From assembly GCA_035502475.1 (NCBI GenBank), contig DATJUJ010000034.1, positions 532 to 64,531 of the forward strand: 64,000 nucleotides of DNA, given 5' to 3'. Below the pieces are notes generated by a model. It worked only from the letters and a program-made list of their open reading frames with translations, searched no databases and had not been told where the DNA came from. A program made the translations under genes and the position numbers. Source of the stretch: Thermoplasmata archaeon. GTDB lineage: Archaea; Thermoplasmatota; Thermoplasmata; Lutacidiplasmatales; UBA184. Shown piece after piece: positions 51,476 to 60,929 of this stretch (position 1 is its first letter; each line of letters opens with the position of its first letter).

Positions 51476-52162
51476 TCAGAACAGCGGGAACTTGGTGAGC
51501 GTGTACTCGGGGACGACCGTCGAGGTGTCGAGCACCTCGGGGATCCCCCGGATCCGCTCCGTCACGAAGTCGAGGACCGTCCGCTTGTTCGAGCCCGCGG
51601 TCGGGAACTCGAGGACGACCAGGATGTCCCAGTCGCCCGTGAGGAAGTGGAGCTCCTTCACGGGCGTGAGGGTCTCGAGGATCTGCCGGATCCGGTCGAG
51701 GTCGCCGCCCCGTACCTTGAGGTAGGTGAAGGCGCGCACGGCCTTCAACTCCGCCGGCATGAGCTCGGCGAGCTTCACGGGCGTGAACTCGGGGACCCCC
51801 TCGAGCCGGGCACCCCGCGGGGTGATGAGGACGGGGAACCGCTGCACGCCCTTGAGGTGCTCCGCGATCAGGCGCTCGATCCGGCCGACCTTCTCGATGT
51901 CGACGACGTTCACGCGGTAGCCGCGCTGGGCGGCGATCTCCTCCGTGACCGCGACGCACCGCGCCTGGTCGTCGGAGAGGAAGTGAACGGACGAGTCCGA
52001 GACGCCCGGGGCCTCGTCCGGGCTCGTCGGCGCGGCCGGCACCGAGCCGATGCCGATCCCGGCGTAGTTCGAGCCGCCGGGGCCGACGGGGGCGCGGTAG
52101 AACGAGGTGACCGCCTTCTTCGACTGGACGTAGAGCGTGAGCTGCCGGGGGTCGTCGGCCAT
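51476..52162 (-). CDS. protein with C-terminal Lrp/AsnC-type ligand-binding (RAM-like) domain and uncharacterised N-terminal domain; no HTH
   Basis: The C-terminal AFTYLKVRGGDLDRIRQILETLTPVKELHFLTGDWDILVVLEF...IRGIPEVLDTSTVV matches the AsnC_trans_reg fold pattern. The N-terminal 140 aa have no recognisable HTH. Confidence 0.65.
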   Translation of the reverse strand: MADDPRQLTLYVQSKKAVTSFYRAPVGPGGSNYAGIGIGSVPAAPTSPDEAPGVSDSSVHFLSDDQARCVAVTEEIAAQRGYRVNVVDIEKVGRIERLIAEHLKGVQRFPVLITPRGARLEGVPEFTPVKLAELMPAELKAVRAFTYLKVRGGDLDRIRQILETLTPVKELHFLTGDWDILVVLEFPTAGSNKRTVLDFVTERIRGIPEVLDTSTVVPEYTLTKFPLF

Positions 52163-52185
52163 ATCGGCGGGCGAGACGGCCCGGG

Positions 52186-52195
52186 CTATTTAAAC
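52186..52195 (-). promoter_or_regulatory. putative TATA box (GTTTAAATAG on minus strand) for 51476..52162
   Basis: Near-consensus archaeal TTTAAATA centred 28 nt upstream of ATG 52162. Confidence 0.5.
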
Positions 52196-52272
52196 CAGTT
52201 CGGGCGCCGGGCCGAGGCGCCCCGCCCGGAGGCGGGGCGGGAAAGGGTTCGCGCGAGGTCCGGGGGTCCGGA

Positions 52273-52788
52273 TCAGTAGCGCTTGTAGCTGTCGGACCGT
52301 TCCCGGCCCTGACCGCCCCCACCGCCGCCGCCGCCCCCGCTGCCGCCGCCGGAGTACCGGCCGCCGCCGCCGTAGCCACCGGAGCCGCGGTCACGGTATC
52401 CGCCACCGCCGAACGAGCGCCGCTCGTTCTCGAACTCCTGCTGGCTCATGTCGAGCGACTGATTGATCTCGCCGATCGACTCGGTCGACTTCGACAGGTT
52501 GCCGTAGCGGCCCACGTTGAGCCGCATGTGGCCGCGCACCAGGGAGACGTAGCCGTTGTCGATGAGGATGACCTCATCCTTCGCGATCGTCCCGATCTGC
52601 TCGTTCCACAGGGAGAGGGTGATCGTGGCGGTGTCGTCGCCGACGACCGCCTCGCACACCTTCCTCGGGTCGCCGAACTTGCCCATGACCTCTTTCGGCT
52701 CTCCGACGGAGAGCACCTTGGCCAGGACGTTCACTTGCTTCGAGTTCGGCGTCAGGTCTCGCACTTTCGTCAGGGGTTTGTCCACCAT
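52273..52788 (-). CDS. ssb: single-OB-fold ssDNA-binding protein (SSB) with Gly/Arg-rich C-terminal tail
   Basis: 171 aa from ATG 52788. VRDLTPNSKQVNVLAKVLSVGEPKEV...ATITLSLWNEQ OB-fold pattern resembles the Sulfolobus-type SSB. Tail: GGGGYRDRGSGGYGGGGRYSGGGSGGGGGGGGGQGRERSDSY. Confidence 0.8.
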   Translation of the reverse strand: MVDKPLTKVRDLTPNSKQVNVLAKVLSVGEPKEVMGKFGDPRKVCEAVVGDDTATITLSLWNEQIGTIAKDEVILIDNGYVSLVRGHMRLNVGRYGNLSKSTESIGEINQSLDMSQQEFENERRSFGGGGYRDRGSGGYGGGGRYSGGGSGGGGGGGGGQGRERSDSYKRY

Positions 52789-53076
52789 GTTGGGTCGCCT
52801 CTTTCGCTCCGCGTTCCGCGTTGTGTTGTCGTGAGGGATCCTCGGCCGATACCAGTCGTGCGGACACTCGTCGCAAAAGGGGGACGGGCGGGACGCTCGA
52901 TGCGGGCTAGGCGCTGGGACTCCTCGGTCCCGAAGGGAGCGCGGGGGGATATAAGCCCGTCCGTGTGCGTCGCCGTAGCGCGTCGGGGCGCCGCCGGGGC
53001 GTCCCGCTCGAGGGGATGCGCCTCCGGCGTCAGCCTTTTGCCCCGGCCCGCGGTCCCCGCGCTCCGGTACTCGTCC

Positions 53077-53817
53077 GTGCACCCGCGCTACGATCTCGGG
53101 GTCCACTACTTCCTGCGCCAGGACTACGAGAACGCGGCGAAGGCGTTCCGGGACGTGCTCCGGGACGAGCCCGCCGACGGGCGGGCGTGGTCGTACTACG
53201 GGATCTGCCTCGCCCACCTCGGCCAGAGCGCGGACGCGGAGGCGGCGCTCGCCCGGGCGATCGGGCTCCAGCCCGCCAACGGGGAGGCGTGGTTCCATCT
53301 CGGCGTCGCCCGCTCGCTCCGGGAGGAGTGGCGGGACGCCGCGACCGCCTACCGGCACGCCGTGGGCCTCGTGCCGGACGACATGGTCGCCTGGCACCGG
53401 TTGGGGGTCGCGCTCGCGGAGTCGGGCGACGAGGCGGGCGCGTCCGTCGCCTTCGAGCGCGCGCTGGTCCTCTCCCGGGAGGTGCCCCCGGCTCCCGCCG
53501 GCCCCGAGCGGGGCGGGCCGGCGCCCGACGACGACCACCTCGACGAGGGGGGCGTGCGCGAAGGGAGCCGCGAGGCGAAGAGCTGGCTGGAGCTCGCCCT
53601 CTCGCTGCTGAGCCTCGGCGAGGAGGAGGAGGCGGTGGCGGCGTACGAACGGGCGTACACGCTCGACCCCGAGCGGGCCGGGCACTCCCTGTTCCGTCCG
53701 ATGCTGCGGCTGCTCACCGTCGTGGAAGGGGGCCCCGAAGCGGAGCTCCCGCCCGACGAGCCGACCGGGCCCCCGACGGGGCGCCCGGCCCGGGACCCCC
53801 GGCCCGAGGTCGGCTAG
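53077..53817 (+). CDS. TPR-repeat protein
   Basis: At least 4 TPR units: YFLRQDYENAAKAFRDVLRDEP, AWSYYGICLAHLGQSADAEAAL, AWFHLGVARS and AWHRLGVALAESGD. The start is uncertain; GTG 53077 was chosen and GTG 52963 is possible. Confidence 0.6.
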   Translation: MHPRYDLGVHYFLRQDYENAAKAFRDVLRDEPADGRAWSYYGICLAHLGQSADAEAALARAIGLQPANGEAWFHLGVARSLREEWRDAATAYRHAVGLVPDDMVAWHRLGVALAESGDEAGASVAFERALVLSREVPPAPAGPERGGPAPDDDHLDEGGVREGSREAKSWLELALSLLSLGEEEEAVAAYERAYTLDPERAGHSLFRPMLRLLTVVEGGPEAELPPDEPTGPPTGRPARDPRPEVG

Positions 53818-53823
53818 CGCCCT

Positions 53824-54969
53824 TCAGAGCGGCTTCGGCGCCTCGGTCACGATCGCCGACTCGGCCCACGTCTTCGCCTTCTCGCGGGCGATCGCGTGCT
53901 GCGCGTAGAACGCGTGCACCCGCTCGAGGAGCTGGGACTTGCAGTCGCCGCACAGGAGCTCGCCGGACCGGCACTGCCGGGTGACCTCCTCGAACTGGGC
54001 GTCCGACTCCGCGAACCGGGTCCGCCAGAGCGCCCAGACCGAGCAGATCTCGGGCACGGCGCCGATGCGGCGCTGCTCCTCGACGGTCGCCCGTCCCCCC
54101 GTGAACGCGTGGCGGACCTTCCGTTCGACCGTCGCCGGCGGGTCGTTGAGGAACAGCGCGTTGTCCGCCGCGTTCGCGCTCGTCGACATCGCCGCCTCCC
54201 CGAGGAGTCCCGGGACCATCCGGGAGTGGAGGAGCGCCGGCTTCGGGTAGCCCAGCCCCTCCGCGATGTCCCGCGTCACGCGGAAGTGCGGGTCCTGGTC
54301 GATGCCGCACGGGATGAGGCACGGGACGCTGCGGCCCTCCGCCCACGACGGCCAGAACGCGGGGACCGTCTGGAGCGCCGTGAAGAAGACGAGCCCGATG
54401 TTCGCGCTCGGCTCGAAGCCAAAGACCGCCTTCACCGTGGAGTACGGGATCTTCCGCGCGACCCGGATCGCGAGCGGGTAGAGCGCGGCGATCGACCGGG
54501 AGTCGAAGAAGACGTGCGTCCGCTTGGGATCGAAGCCGAGCGCGAGGATGTCGTAGAGGTTCTCGAGCCCCCAGTGCGCCGTCTGCTCGCGGGAAAGGCC
54601 CGCGCGGGCCCAGTACTTCTCGTCGTCCGTGATCTGGATGTACATCGGCACGCCGAGCCGCCGCTGCAGCCAGAGGCACAGGTCGAACTGGACGAGGTGC
54701 GACGTGTGGAGCGGGCCGGACGGCCCGCGTCCGGAGTAGACGAAGAACGGCTTCCCGTGCGCGAACCCGTCCAGGAGGGGCCCCAAGTCCCGGTGCGAGT
54801 AGTAGATCCCCCGCGTGAGGAGCGGGGGGAGGTCGGCGCCGGCGATGTGGTGCAGCTTCGCAAGGAGGTCGGGGGTGAGCGCCTGGGTGCCGAACTGCTC
54901 GCGGAGCCGGTCGTAGTCGACCCGGCCCTTCACCTCGTACGGCGTGACGACGAACTCCTCGTCGGGCAT
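53824..54969 (-). CDS. trpS: tryptophan--tRNA ligase (archaeal type)
   Basis: VTPYEVKGRVDYDRLREQFGT, YSGRGPSGPLHTSHL (HIGH-type), ITDDEKYW and KMSTS-like AMSTS motifs. Confidence 0.9.
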   Translation of the reverse strand: MPDEEFVVTPYEVKGRVDYDRLREQFGTQALTPDLLAKLHHIAGADLPPLLTRGIYYSHRDLGPLLDGFAHGKPFFVYSGRGPSGPLHTSHLVQFDLCLWLQRRLGVPMYIQITDDEKYWARAGLSREQTAHWGLENLYDILALGFDPKRTHVFFDSRSIAALYPLAIRVARKIPYSTVKAVFGFEPSANIGLVFFTALQTVPAFWPSWAEGRSVPCLIPCGIDQDPHFRVTRDIAEGLGYPKPALLHSRMVPGLLGEAAMSTSANAADNALFLNDPPATVERKVRHAFTGGRATVEEQRRIGAVPEICSVWALWRTRFAESDAQFEEVTRQCRSGELLCGDCKSQLLERVHAFYAQHAIAREKAKTWAESAIVTEAPKPL

Positions 54970-54985
54970 CGGGTTCCGGCCGCCG

Positions 54986-55294
54986 CTACCCTTCCGGGAA
55001 CGTGATCTTGGCGAGGATCGACTCGCGTTCGCCGAGGGGCACGCCGGCGGCGGCCAACGCGTCGGCGACGCAGGAGCGGGAGTGCTCGAAGTGGATCGTG
55101 TGGCCGCACGCCGGACAGCTCGCCCACCCCTGGATCAGGCTCCGGAGGCCCTCGCGCGACGTCGACGAGTCGCGGCGCGCGAACCGGTCGACGAGGATCG
55201 CGCCGCCGGCCGCGTTCTCGAGGTTGGTGAGCGGGACCCGGACCGGCGTGTTGCAGATCGGGCACCGGGCCGGATTGCGGCAGGTACACGCCAT
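54986..55294 (-). CDS. small Cys-rich zinc-binding protein, function unknown
   Basis: 102 aa with CTC, CPIC and CPAC cysteine clusters. It lies 16 nt upstream of trpS on the same strand. A TATA-like TCCTTTTAGA lies about 30 nt upstream. Confidence 0.5.
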   Translation of the reverse strand: MACTCRNPARCPICNTPVRVPLTNLENAAGGAILVDRFARRDSSTSREGLRSLIQGWASCPACGHTIHFEHSRSCVADALAAAGVPLGERESILAKITFPEG

Positions 55295-55395
55295 CGACGC
55301 CTCCGTACCACTCCGCCCCCTCTAAAAGGACGCGGGGGACCGGCGGCTTCCGATGGACGCGGAAGGACTATGGAGGGGATGCCTTCCCCTCTCCG

Positions 55396-55734
55396 ATGCC
55401 CGAGACCCCGCAGGAGGCCGCCCGCGAGCTCCGCGAGGAGATGATCGAGGTGCTGAAGTTCCTCAACCGCGCCGAGGAGGAGCACCGCGACGTGAACGGC
55501 TACGAGCTGAGCGAGGTCGTCCACCTGCTCGCGAAGGGCCCGTATCCCAACATCACCTCGCCCGACGTCGAGCGGGCGCTCGCCGTGCTCGTCGGCAACC
55601 GGTTCGCCGCCGTGCTCGCGGACTCCGAGTACGCGTGGGAACGCGGCCGCGTCGTGGGCCCCCGGTACGTCGTGACGTCCCGGGGCAAGGAGTACCTGCT
55701 GCAACGCCTCCAGAAGGTCGACCGGATCGAGTGA
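55396..55734 (+). CDS. small winged-helix-like protein, paralog 1
   Basis: 112 aa. Shares L-NRAE-x-H near the N-terminus and RY-x-[IV]T-x-x-GK-x-[FY]L-x-x-x-LQK-x-DRI at the C-terminus with the next gene. Confidence 0.6.
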   Translation: MPETPQEAARELREEMIEVLKFLNRAEEEHRDVNGYELSEVVHLLAKGPYPNITSPDVERALAVLVGNRFAAVLADSEYAWERGRVVGPRYVVTSRGKEYLLQRLQKVDRIE

Positions 55735-55755
55735 TCCCGCCCCGCCGCTCGCCCG

Positions 55756-55766
55756 CTTTTAAGTAG
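55756..55766 (+). promoter_or_regulatory. promoter box CTTTTAAGTAG
   Basis: Ends 27 nt upstream of ATG 55793. The identical 11-mer recurs at 56174..56184. Confidence 0.55.
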
Positions 55767-55792
55767 AGGAAGCTCGCGTAGTGGAAGGGCGC

Positions 55793-56134
55793 ATGCCGAC
55801 CGGGGAGGCACCCGATCCCGTCCGGTCGACGCTCGTCGCCATCCTTCAGCAGCTCAACCGCGCCGAGTCGGTCCACGAGGGCCGGGAGCGCGACCAGAGC
55901 CTGACGCTCGCCGACCTCGAGCGCATCCTGCGGAAGCTCCCCGCCGTCGAGGACGGGCAGGTGAAGGTCGCCCTCGCGCTCGGCCTGCTGGTCCGCAACG
56001 CCTTCGTCGAGGCGGAGGCGGCCGGGGCCTGGGGCGGCCGCAGCGCCGCCGCCCCGAAGGCCCGCTACCGCATCACCGCGACCGGCAAGCAGTTCCTGAT
56101 CGACGCCCTCCAGAAGTCCGACCGGATCGCCTGA
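55793..56134 (+). CDS. small winged-helix-like protein, paralog 2
   Basis: ATG 55793 is preferred over track GTG 55781 because of the promoter spacing. C-terminal ARYRITATGKQFLIDALQKSDRIA parallels paralog 1. Confidence 0.6.
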   Translation: MPTGEAPDPVRSTLVAILQQLNRAESVHEGRERDQSLTLADLERILRKLPAVEDGQVKVALALGLLVRNAFVEAEAAGAWGGRSAAAPKARYRITATGKQFLIDALQKSDRIA

Positions 56135-56173
56135 CGGGACGCCCGCCCCCGGCGACCGGCTCCGCCGCCTGAA

Positions 56174-56184
56174 CTTTTAAGTAG
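56174..56184 (+). promoter_or_regulatory. promoter box CTTTTAAGTAG for rps15
   Basis: Ends 24 nt upstream of ATG 56208. Identical to the box at 55756..55766. Confidence 0.55.
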
Positions 56185-56207
56185 CGAACCGATGTGGCCG
56201 CATCCCC

Positions 56208-56663
56208 ATGTCGCGCATCCACTCCGGGCATAAGGGCCGGGCCGGTTCCCACCGCCCGTACCCCCTGACCAAGCCGGAGTGGGTCACGGCCACGACCGAG
56301 GAGATCGTCACCCAGGCGGTTCAGATGTCGAAGTCGGGCCTCCTCGCGGCCCGGATCGGCCAGACGCTGCGCGACGGCTACGGCGTCCCGTCTACGCGCG
56401 CGGTGACGGGCAAACGCCTCGGCGCGCTCCTCGCCGAGCACGGCGCGAAGCCCGAGATCCCGGACGACCTCCAGGCGCTCCTCAAGCGCGTCGTCCACCT
56501 GCAGCACCACCTGGACGCGCACCCGAAGGACCTCGCGAACCGGCGGGGCCTCACGCTGATGGAGTCGCGCATCCGCCGCCTCGCCCGCTACTATCGGCAG
56601 CACCACCGGATCCCGGAGAGCTGGCGCTACTCGGCGGCCGGCGCCGCGCTCCAGGTGGAGTGA
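56208..56663 (+). CDS. rps15: 30S ribosomal protein S15 (uS15, S13e type)
   Basis: [19 protein letters not shown]-terminal extension typical of archaeal S15/S13e. C-terminal [33 protein letters not shown]. Confidence 0.9.
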   Translation: MSRIHSGHKGRAGSHRPYPLTKPEWVTATTEEIVTQAVQMSKSGLLAARIGQTLRDGYGVPSTRAVTGKRLGALLAEHGAKPEIPDDLQALLKRVVHLQHHLDAHPKDLANRRGLTLMESRIRRLARYYRQHHRIPESWRYSAAGAALQVE

Positions 56664-58057
56664 TGCCCTCGGGTCCCGACGGATTCGTCGCGGATCCACG
56701 GTACGGGACCGAGTTCGAGCGCGCCCGCGCGCTGCTGCTTGGCCACCCCCGCCGCTGGCGGGTGATCTACCACTACGACGCGGACGGCATCGCCTCCGCG
56801 TCGAGCGCGCTGCGCGCGTTCGCGCGCCTGGGCTACCCGGCCCAGGCGACGCCGCTCGTCGGGGTCGAGCGCGACCGGATGGAGGCGCTCCTCCGCGCGA
56901 CGGCCGGGCCGGTCCTGGTCGTCGACACGGGCGCGAGCTGGCTCGAGCTCTTCGCCCAGCACCCGCACCCGGTCGTGGTGCTCGACCACCACAAGTACCC
57001 CGGGGTACCGACGCCGCCCGAGCTTCCCGGCCACGTCGCGTTCGTGAACCCGCTCGACTGGGGCGTCGATGGGATGAGCGAGCTGTGCGCCTCGACCCTC
57101 ACCTGGCTCTACACGGTCTTCCTCGACCCGATCAACTGGGACAACGCCCCGTGGGGGCTCTCCGGGGCGATCGGCGACCGACAGCACGTCGGCGGCTTCC
57201 GGGGACTCTCGGCCCTCCTCGTCGCCGAGGCGGTCCGGCGCTCCCTCGTGGTCTCCCGGCCCGGCGTCGCGCTGTTCGGGGCCGACGTCGGCTCGGCGCT
57301 CGAGGAGAGCATCGACCCGTTCGTCCCGGGCCTCTCCGGCCGTCGGGCGGCGGTGGACGCGTTCCTCGGCAGCCTCTCGATCGATCCCGCCCAGCCGGTG
57401 CCGGCGCTGTCCGACGCGGCGCGCGATCGGCTCGTCACCGCGCTCAAGCGCCGGCTCGCAGAGGCGCACGTCCTCCCCGAGTTCGTGGCGATCCTCGACG
57501 AGCCGCGCTGGTACCTCCCGTCGTGGGGGATGGACGCGGAGGAGCTCTCGAACCTCCAGAACGCGAGCGGGCGCGCCGGCCTCCCGGGCGTCGGGGTCGC
57601 GCTCGCGCTCGGGGATGCGGGGGCGCTCGCGCGGGCCCGGACCGCCGAGCGCGACTGGCGGAGAGGCATCCTCAAAGGGCTTCGACGCGTAGAGGACGGT
57701 GGGGTCCACGACGGGCGCGCCCTGCGCTGGTTCGAGAGCCCCGAGACCACCCTCGCAGGAACGCAGGCCGGGCTCGCGATGAACTATCTGCTCCCTCCGG
57801 ACCGCCCCGTCTTCGTCTTCTCGGAGCACGAGGGCGAGCCGACCAAGGTAAGCGCCCGGGGGACGCTGCGCCAGGTGGCGAACGGGCTCGACCTCGCGCT
57901 CGCCTGCCGCACCGCCGCGGCGTCGGTCCAGGGCGAGGGGGGCGGGCACCGGGTCGCGAGCGGCGCGACGATCCCGCCGGGCCGCCGGCCCGCCTTCCTC
58001 GACGCCGCGGACCGGGTCCTCGTAGACCAGCTCGCCGGCCGCCCGGGGTTCGCATGA
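56663..58057 (+). CDS. RecJ/Cdc45-like DHH-family phosphoesterase (GAN/RecJ-like)
   Basis: DHH motifs [12 protein letters not shown] and VVLDHHK, and DHHA1 [10 protein letters not shown]. The rps15-recJ-like adjacency is a common archaeal arrangement. The ATG overlaps the rps15 stop (TGATG). Confidence 0.8.
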   Translation: MPSGPDGFVADPRYGTEFERARALLLGHPRRWRVIYHYDADGIASASSALRAFARLGYPAQATPLVGVERDRMEALLRATAGPVLVVDTGASWLELFAQHPHPVVVLDHHKYPGVPTPPELPGHVAFVNPLDWGVDGMSELCASTLTWLYTVFLDPINWDNAPWGLSGAIGDRQHVGGFRGLSALLVAEAVRRSLVVSRPGVALFGADVGSALEESIDPFVPGLSGRRAAVDAFLGSLSIDPAQPVPALSDAARDRLVTALKRRLAEAHVLPEFVAILDEPRWYLPSWGMDAEELSNLQNASGRAGLPGVGVALALGDAGALARARTAERDWRRGILKGLRRVEDGGVHDGRALRWFESPETTLAGTQAGLAMNYLLPPDRPVFVFSEHEGEPTKVSARGTLRQVANGLDLALACRTAAASVQGEGGGHRVASGATIPPGRRPAFLDAADRVLVDQLAGRPGFA

Positions 58058-60714
58058 GCGGGACTCCCCCGGCCGCCGACCCGCCCGTCACCGACCGGAT
58101 CCACGACCGGACGCTCGAGCAGGAGATGCACCGCTCGTACATCGATTACGCGATGAGCGTCATCGTCGGGCGCGCCCTGCCCGACGGACGCGACGGGCTG
58201 AAGCCGGTCCACCACCGCATCCTCTGGTCGATGTGGGAGTCCGGGGCGACCCACGACCGCGCCTACCGGAAGTCGGCGCGCACGGTCGGGGAGGTCCTCG
58301 GGAAGTACCACCCCCACGGCGACCTCGCGGTCTACGACGCGCTCGTCCGGATGGCCCAGCCGTTCAGCCTCCGCTACCCGCTGATCGACGGGCAGGGGAA
58401 CTTCGGATCGATCGACGGCGACTCGCCGGCGGCGATGCGGTACACCGAGGCGCGCCTGTCCGCCGTCGCCGAGGAGATGCTCGTCGACATCGAGAAGGAC
58501 ACGGTCGACTGGACCGACAACTTCGACGGGACGCTCAAGGAGCCCGTCGTCCTCCCCTCGAAGGTCCCGAACCTGCTCGTGAACGGGTCGAGCGGGATCG
58601 CGGTCGGCATGGCGACGAACATGCCGCCGCACAACCTGCCCGAGGTCGCGGACGCGCTCCTCCTGCTGCTCCGTTCGCCCGACGCGTCGCTCGACGAGAT
58701 CCTGAAGGTCCTGCCCGGTCCCGACTTTCCCACGGGCGGCTACCTCTCGTCCGAGGGGATCCGGGAGGCGTACGAGACCGGCCGCGGCACCGTCCACCTC
58801 CGCGGGACCGCCGAGATCCGGGAGCGGGACGGGCGCGACGAGATCGTGATCACCGAGATCCCGTACGAGGTCAACAAGACGACCCTTCTCCAGCTGATCG
58901 CCGACCTCGTGAAGTCGAAGCGGATCGACGGCATCACCGATCTGCGCGACGAGTCGGACCGGCACGGCACCAGCGTCGTGCTCGAGCTGCGGCGCGACGC
59001 GCCGAGCGAGATCGTCCTCAACCGGCTCTACGAGCACACCCCGCTCGAGACGAGCTTCGGCGTGATCAATCTCTGCCTCGTCGAGGGGCGTCCCAAGGTC
59101 CTGCCGCTCCGGGAGCTCCTCGCCCTCCACCTCGCGCACCGGCGCACGACGCTCACCCGACGCACGACGTTCGACCTCCAGAAGACGGAGGAGCGGCTCC
59201 ATCTCCTCGAAGGGTTCCTGACCGCGATCGACCACATCGACGAGGTGATCCGGATCATCCGCCGCTCGCGCGACGTCCCCACCGCGGAGACGAGCCTCAT
59301 GGGGAAGTTCCTCCTGTCGAGCGAGCAGGCGAAGGCGATCCTCGACATGCGCCTCGCGCGGCTCACGGCGCTCGAGCGCGAGGCGGTCGAGAAGGAGAAG
59401 AACGAGAAGGAGGCGCTCGCTCAGGAGCTGCGGGCGATCCTCGCGTCGCCCGAGCGGCTCGACCGGCTCATCGCGGACGAGCTCGCGGACCTGAAGGCCC
59501 GGATCGGGGACGCGCGGCGGACCCGGATCGTCCCCGCGTTCACCGAACGGACGCTCGAGGACCTGATCCCGGACGCGGACGTCGTCGTCCTCGTCACCCG
59601 GGACGGCTACATCAAGCGCCTGCCGCTCGACCAGTACCGGCGCCAGCGCCGGGGCGGCCGCGGCCTGGTGCAGATGGCGACGAAGGAGGAGGACATCGTC
59701 ACGCGCACGTTCGTCACGCGCACGCACGACAACGTCCTCTTCTTCACCAACCTCGGTCGCGTCTACGTCCTCAAGGCCTACGAGCTGCCCGAGGGGAGCC
59801 GGCACTCGAAGGGCAAGGCGATCATCAACCTCCTGCCGAAGCTCAAGGACGGCGAGCGGATCCAGACGCTCCTCCCGCTCCACGACCTCGAGGGGAGCGG
59901 CGCGCTCCTGTTCGCGACCCGCCGGGGCCTCGTGAAGCGCACGCAGCTCGACCAGTTCCAGAACATCCGTACGAGCGGCATCCAGGCGGTCCTGCTCGAG
60001 GAGGGCGACGAGCTCGTGAACATCGCGCTCGTCGACGACGAGGCGACCGAGATCCTCCTCGCGACCCAGGCGGGCCAGCTGGTCCGGTTCCCGCTCGCCG
60101 AGGTCCGCCCCATGGGCCGCGCGACGTACGGGGTCATCGGCGTCCGACTCTCCGGCGAGAAGGGCGACCGGGTCGTCGCGATGTCGCCCGTCAGCGCGGC
60201 GTTCCCCGCCCTGCTCACGCTCACCTCCACCGGCTACGGGAAGCGGAGCCCGACCGACGACTACCGGCGCACCCGCCGCGGCGCGAAGGGGGTCCGGACG
60301 ATCCGGACCGGCGGCCGCAACGGCTCGGTGGTCGCTGTCCTCCCGACGACCGACTCCTCCGAGGTGCTCGTCACGACCCAGCACGGCATCACGATCCGCA
60401 TGGCCGTGCGGGGGATCCGTTCCCAGGCCCGCAACACCCTCGGCGTCCGCGTGATCCGGCTCGACCCGGGAGACGAGGTCCGGGACGCGGTCGCGCTCGA
60501 GATCGCGCCGGGCGACGCGGCCGACGCCGCCGCCCCCGGCGCACCGCCCGAGGCTCCGCCCGGGCCCGACGAGGGACCGGGGGCTCCGGACGAGCCCGAG
60601 GCGCCGGAGGAGGGGCCCGAGGACGAGGACGGTGAGGCGCCCTCCGACGACGCGGAGGACGAGGGCGAAGACGACGACGAGGGAGACGATGCGTCACCGC
60701 CCGAAGCGGGGTAA
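58054..60714 (+). CDS. gyrA: DNA gyrase subunit A
   Basis: 886 aa. [29 protein letters not shown] and catalytic [10 protein letters not shown] motifs, beta-pinwheel CTD repeats and an acidic Asp/Glu tail. The ATG overlaps the recJ-like stop (ATGA). Confidence 0.95.
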   Translation: MSGTPPAADPPVTDRIHDRTLEQEMHRSYIDYAMSVIVGRALPDGRDGLKPVHHRILWSMWESGATHDRAYRKSARTVGEVLGKYHPHGDLAVYDALVRMAQPFSLRYPLIDGQGNFGSIDGDSPAAMRYTEARLSAVAEEMLVDIEKDTVDWTDNFDGTLKEPVVLPSKVPNLLVNGSSGIAVGMATNMPPHNLPEVADALLLLLRSPDASLDEILKVLPGPDFPTGGYLSSEGIREAYETGRGTVHLRGTAEIRERDGRDEIVITEIPYEVNKTTLLQLIADLVKSKRIDGITDLRDESDRHGTSVVLELRRDAPSEIVLNRLYEHTPLETSFGVINLCLVEGRPKVLPLRELLALHLAHRRTTLTRRTTFDLQKTEERLHLLEGFLTAIDHIDEVIRIIRRSRDVPTAETSLMGKFLLSSEQAKAILDMRLARLTALEREAVEKEKNEKEALAQELRAILASPERLDRLIADELADLKARIGDARRTRIVPAFTERTLEDLIPDADVVVLVTRDGYIKRLPLDQYRRQRRGGRGLVQMATKEEDIVTRTFVTRTHDNVLFFTNLGRVYVLKAYELPEGSRHSKGKAIINLLPKLKDGERIQTLLPLHDLEGSGALLFATRRGLVKRTQLDQFQNIRTSGIQAVLLEEGDELVNIALVDDEATEILLATQAGQLVRFPLAEVRPMGRATYGVIGVRLSGEKGDRVVAMSPVSAAFPALLTLTSTGYGKRSPTDDYRRTRRGAKGVRTIRTGGRNGSVVAVLPTTDSSEVLVTTQHGITIRMAVRGIRSQARNTLGVRVIRLDPGDEVRDAVALEIAPGDAADAAAPGAPPEAPPGPDEGPGAPDEPEAPEEGPEDEDGEAPSDDAEDEGEDDDEGDDASPPEAG

Positions 60715-60877
60715 GCGGATCCTCCTCTGCCCCCAGTGCCGCTCGTCGCAGATCACGCCCGTCGCCGGGATGATCATGGGCCAGGTCTACCACTGCCAGA
60801 AGTGCGACTACGTGGGCTCGCTCGTCTTTGAGGCCGAGGTCGCCGACGACGGGACGCCGCGCGAGGACGCGGAGTAG
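60689..60877 (+). CDS. small zinc-ribbon protein, function unknown
   Basis: 62 aa from internal ATG 60689: [21 protein letters not shown]...[10 protein letters not shown]. Overlaps the gyrA 3' end by 26 nt. Confidence 0.5.
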   Translation: MRHRPKRGKRILLCPQCRSSQITPVAGMIMGQVYHCQKCDYVGSLVFEAEVADDGTPREDAE

Positions 60878-60929
60878 CGGACCCCTTCGGACCCGGAAAC
60901 CCTATGCTTCCCCTCCCTTCGTCGCTGGC

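Noticed and set aside
52290-52400. Run of GCC/GCCGCC-type triplets that looks like a tandem repeat
   Set aside because: It is the coding sequence of the Gly/Arg-rich C-terminal tail of the SSB on the minus strand. It is not a CRISPR array or a satellite.
60632-60688. N-terminal 19 codons of track ORF 60632..60877
   Set aside because: This Arg/Thr-rich stretch lies entirely inside the gyrA acidic-tail coding region. The zinc-ribbon protein more plausibly starts at ATG 60689.
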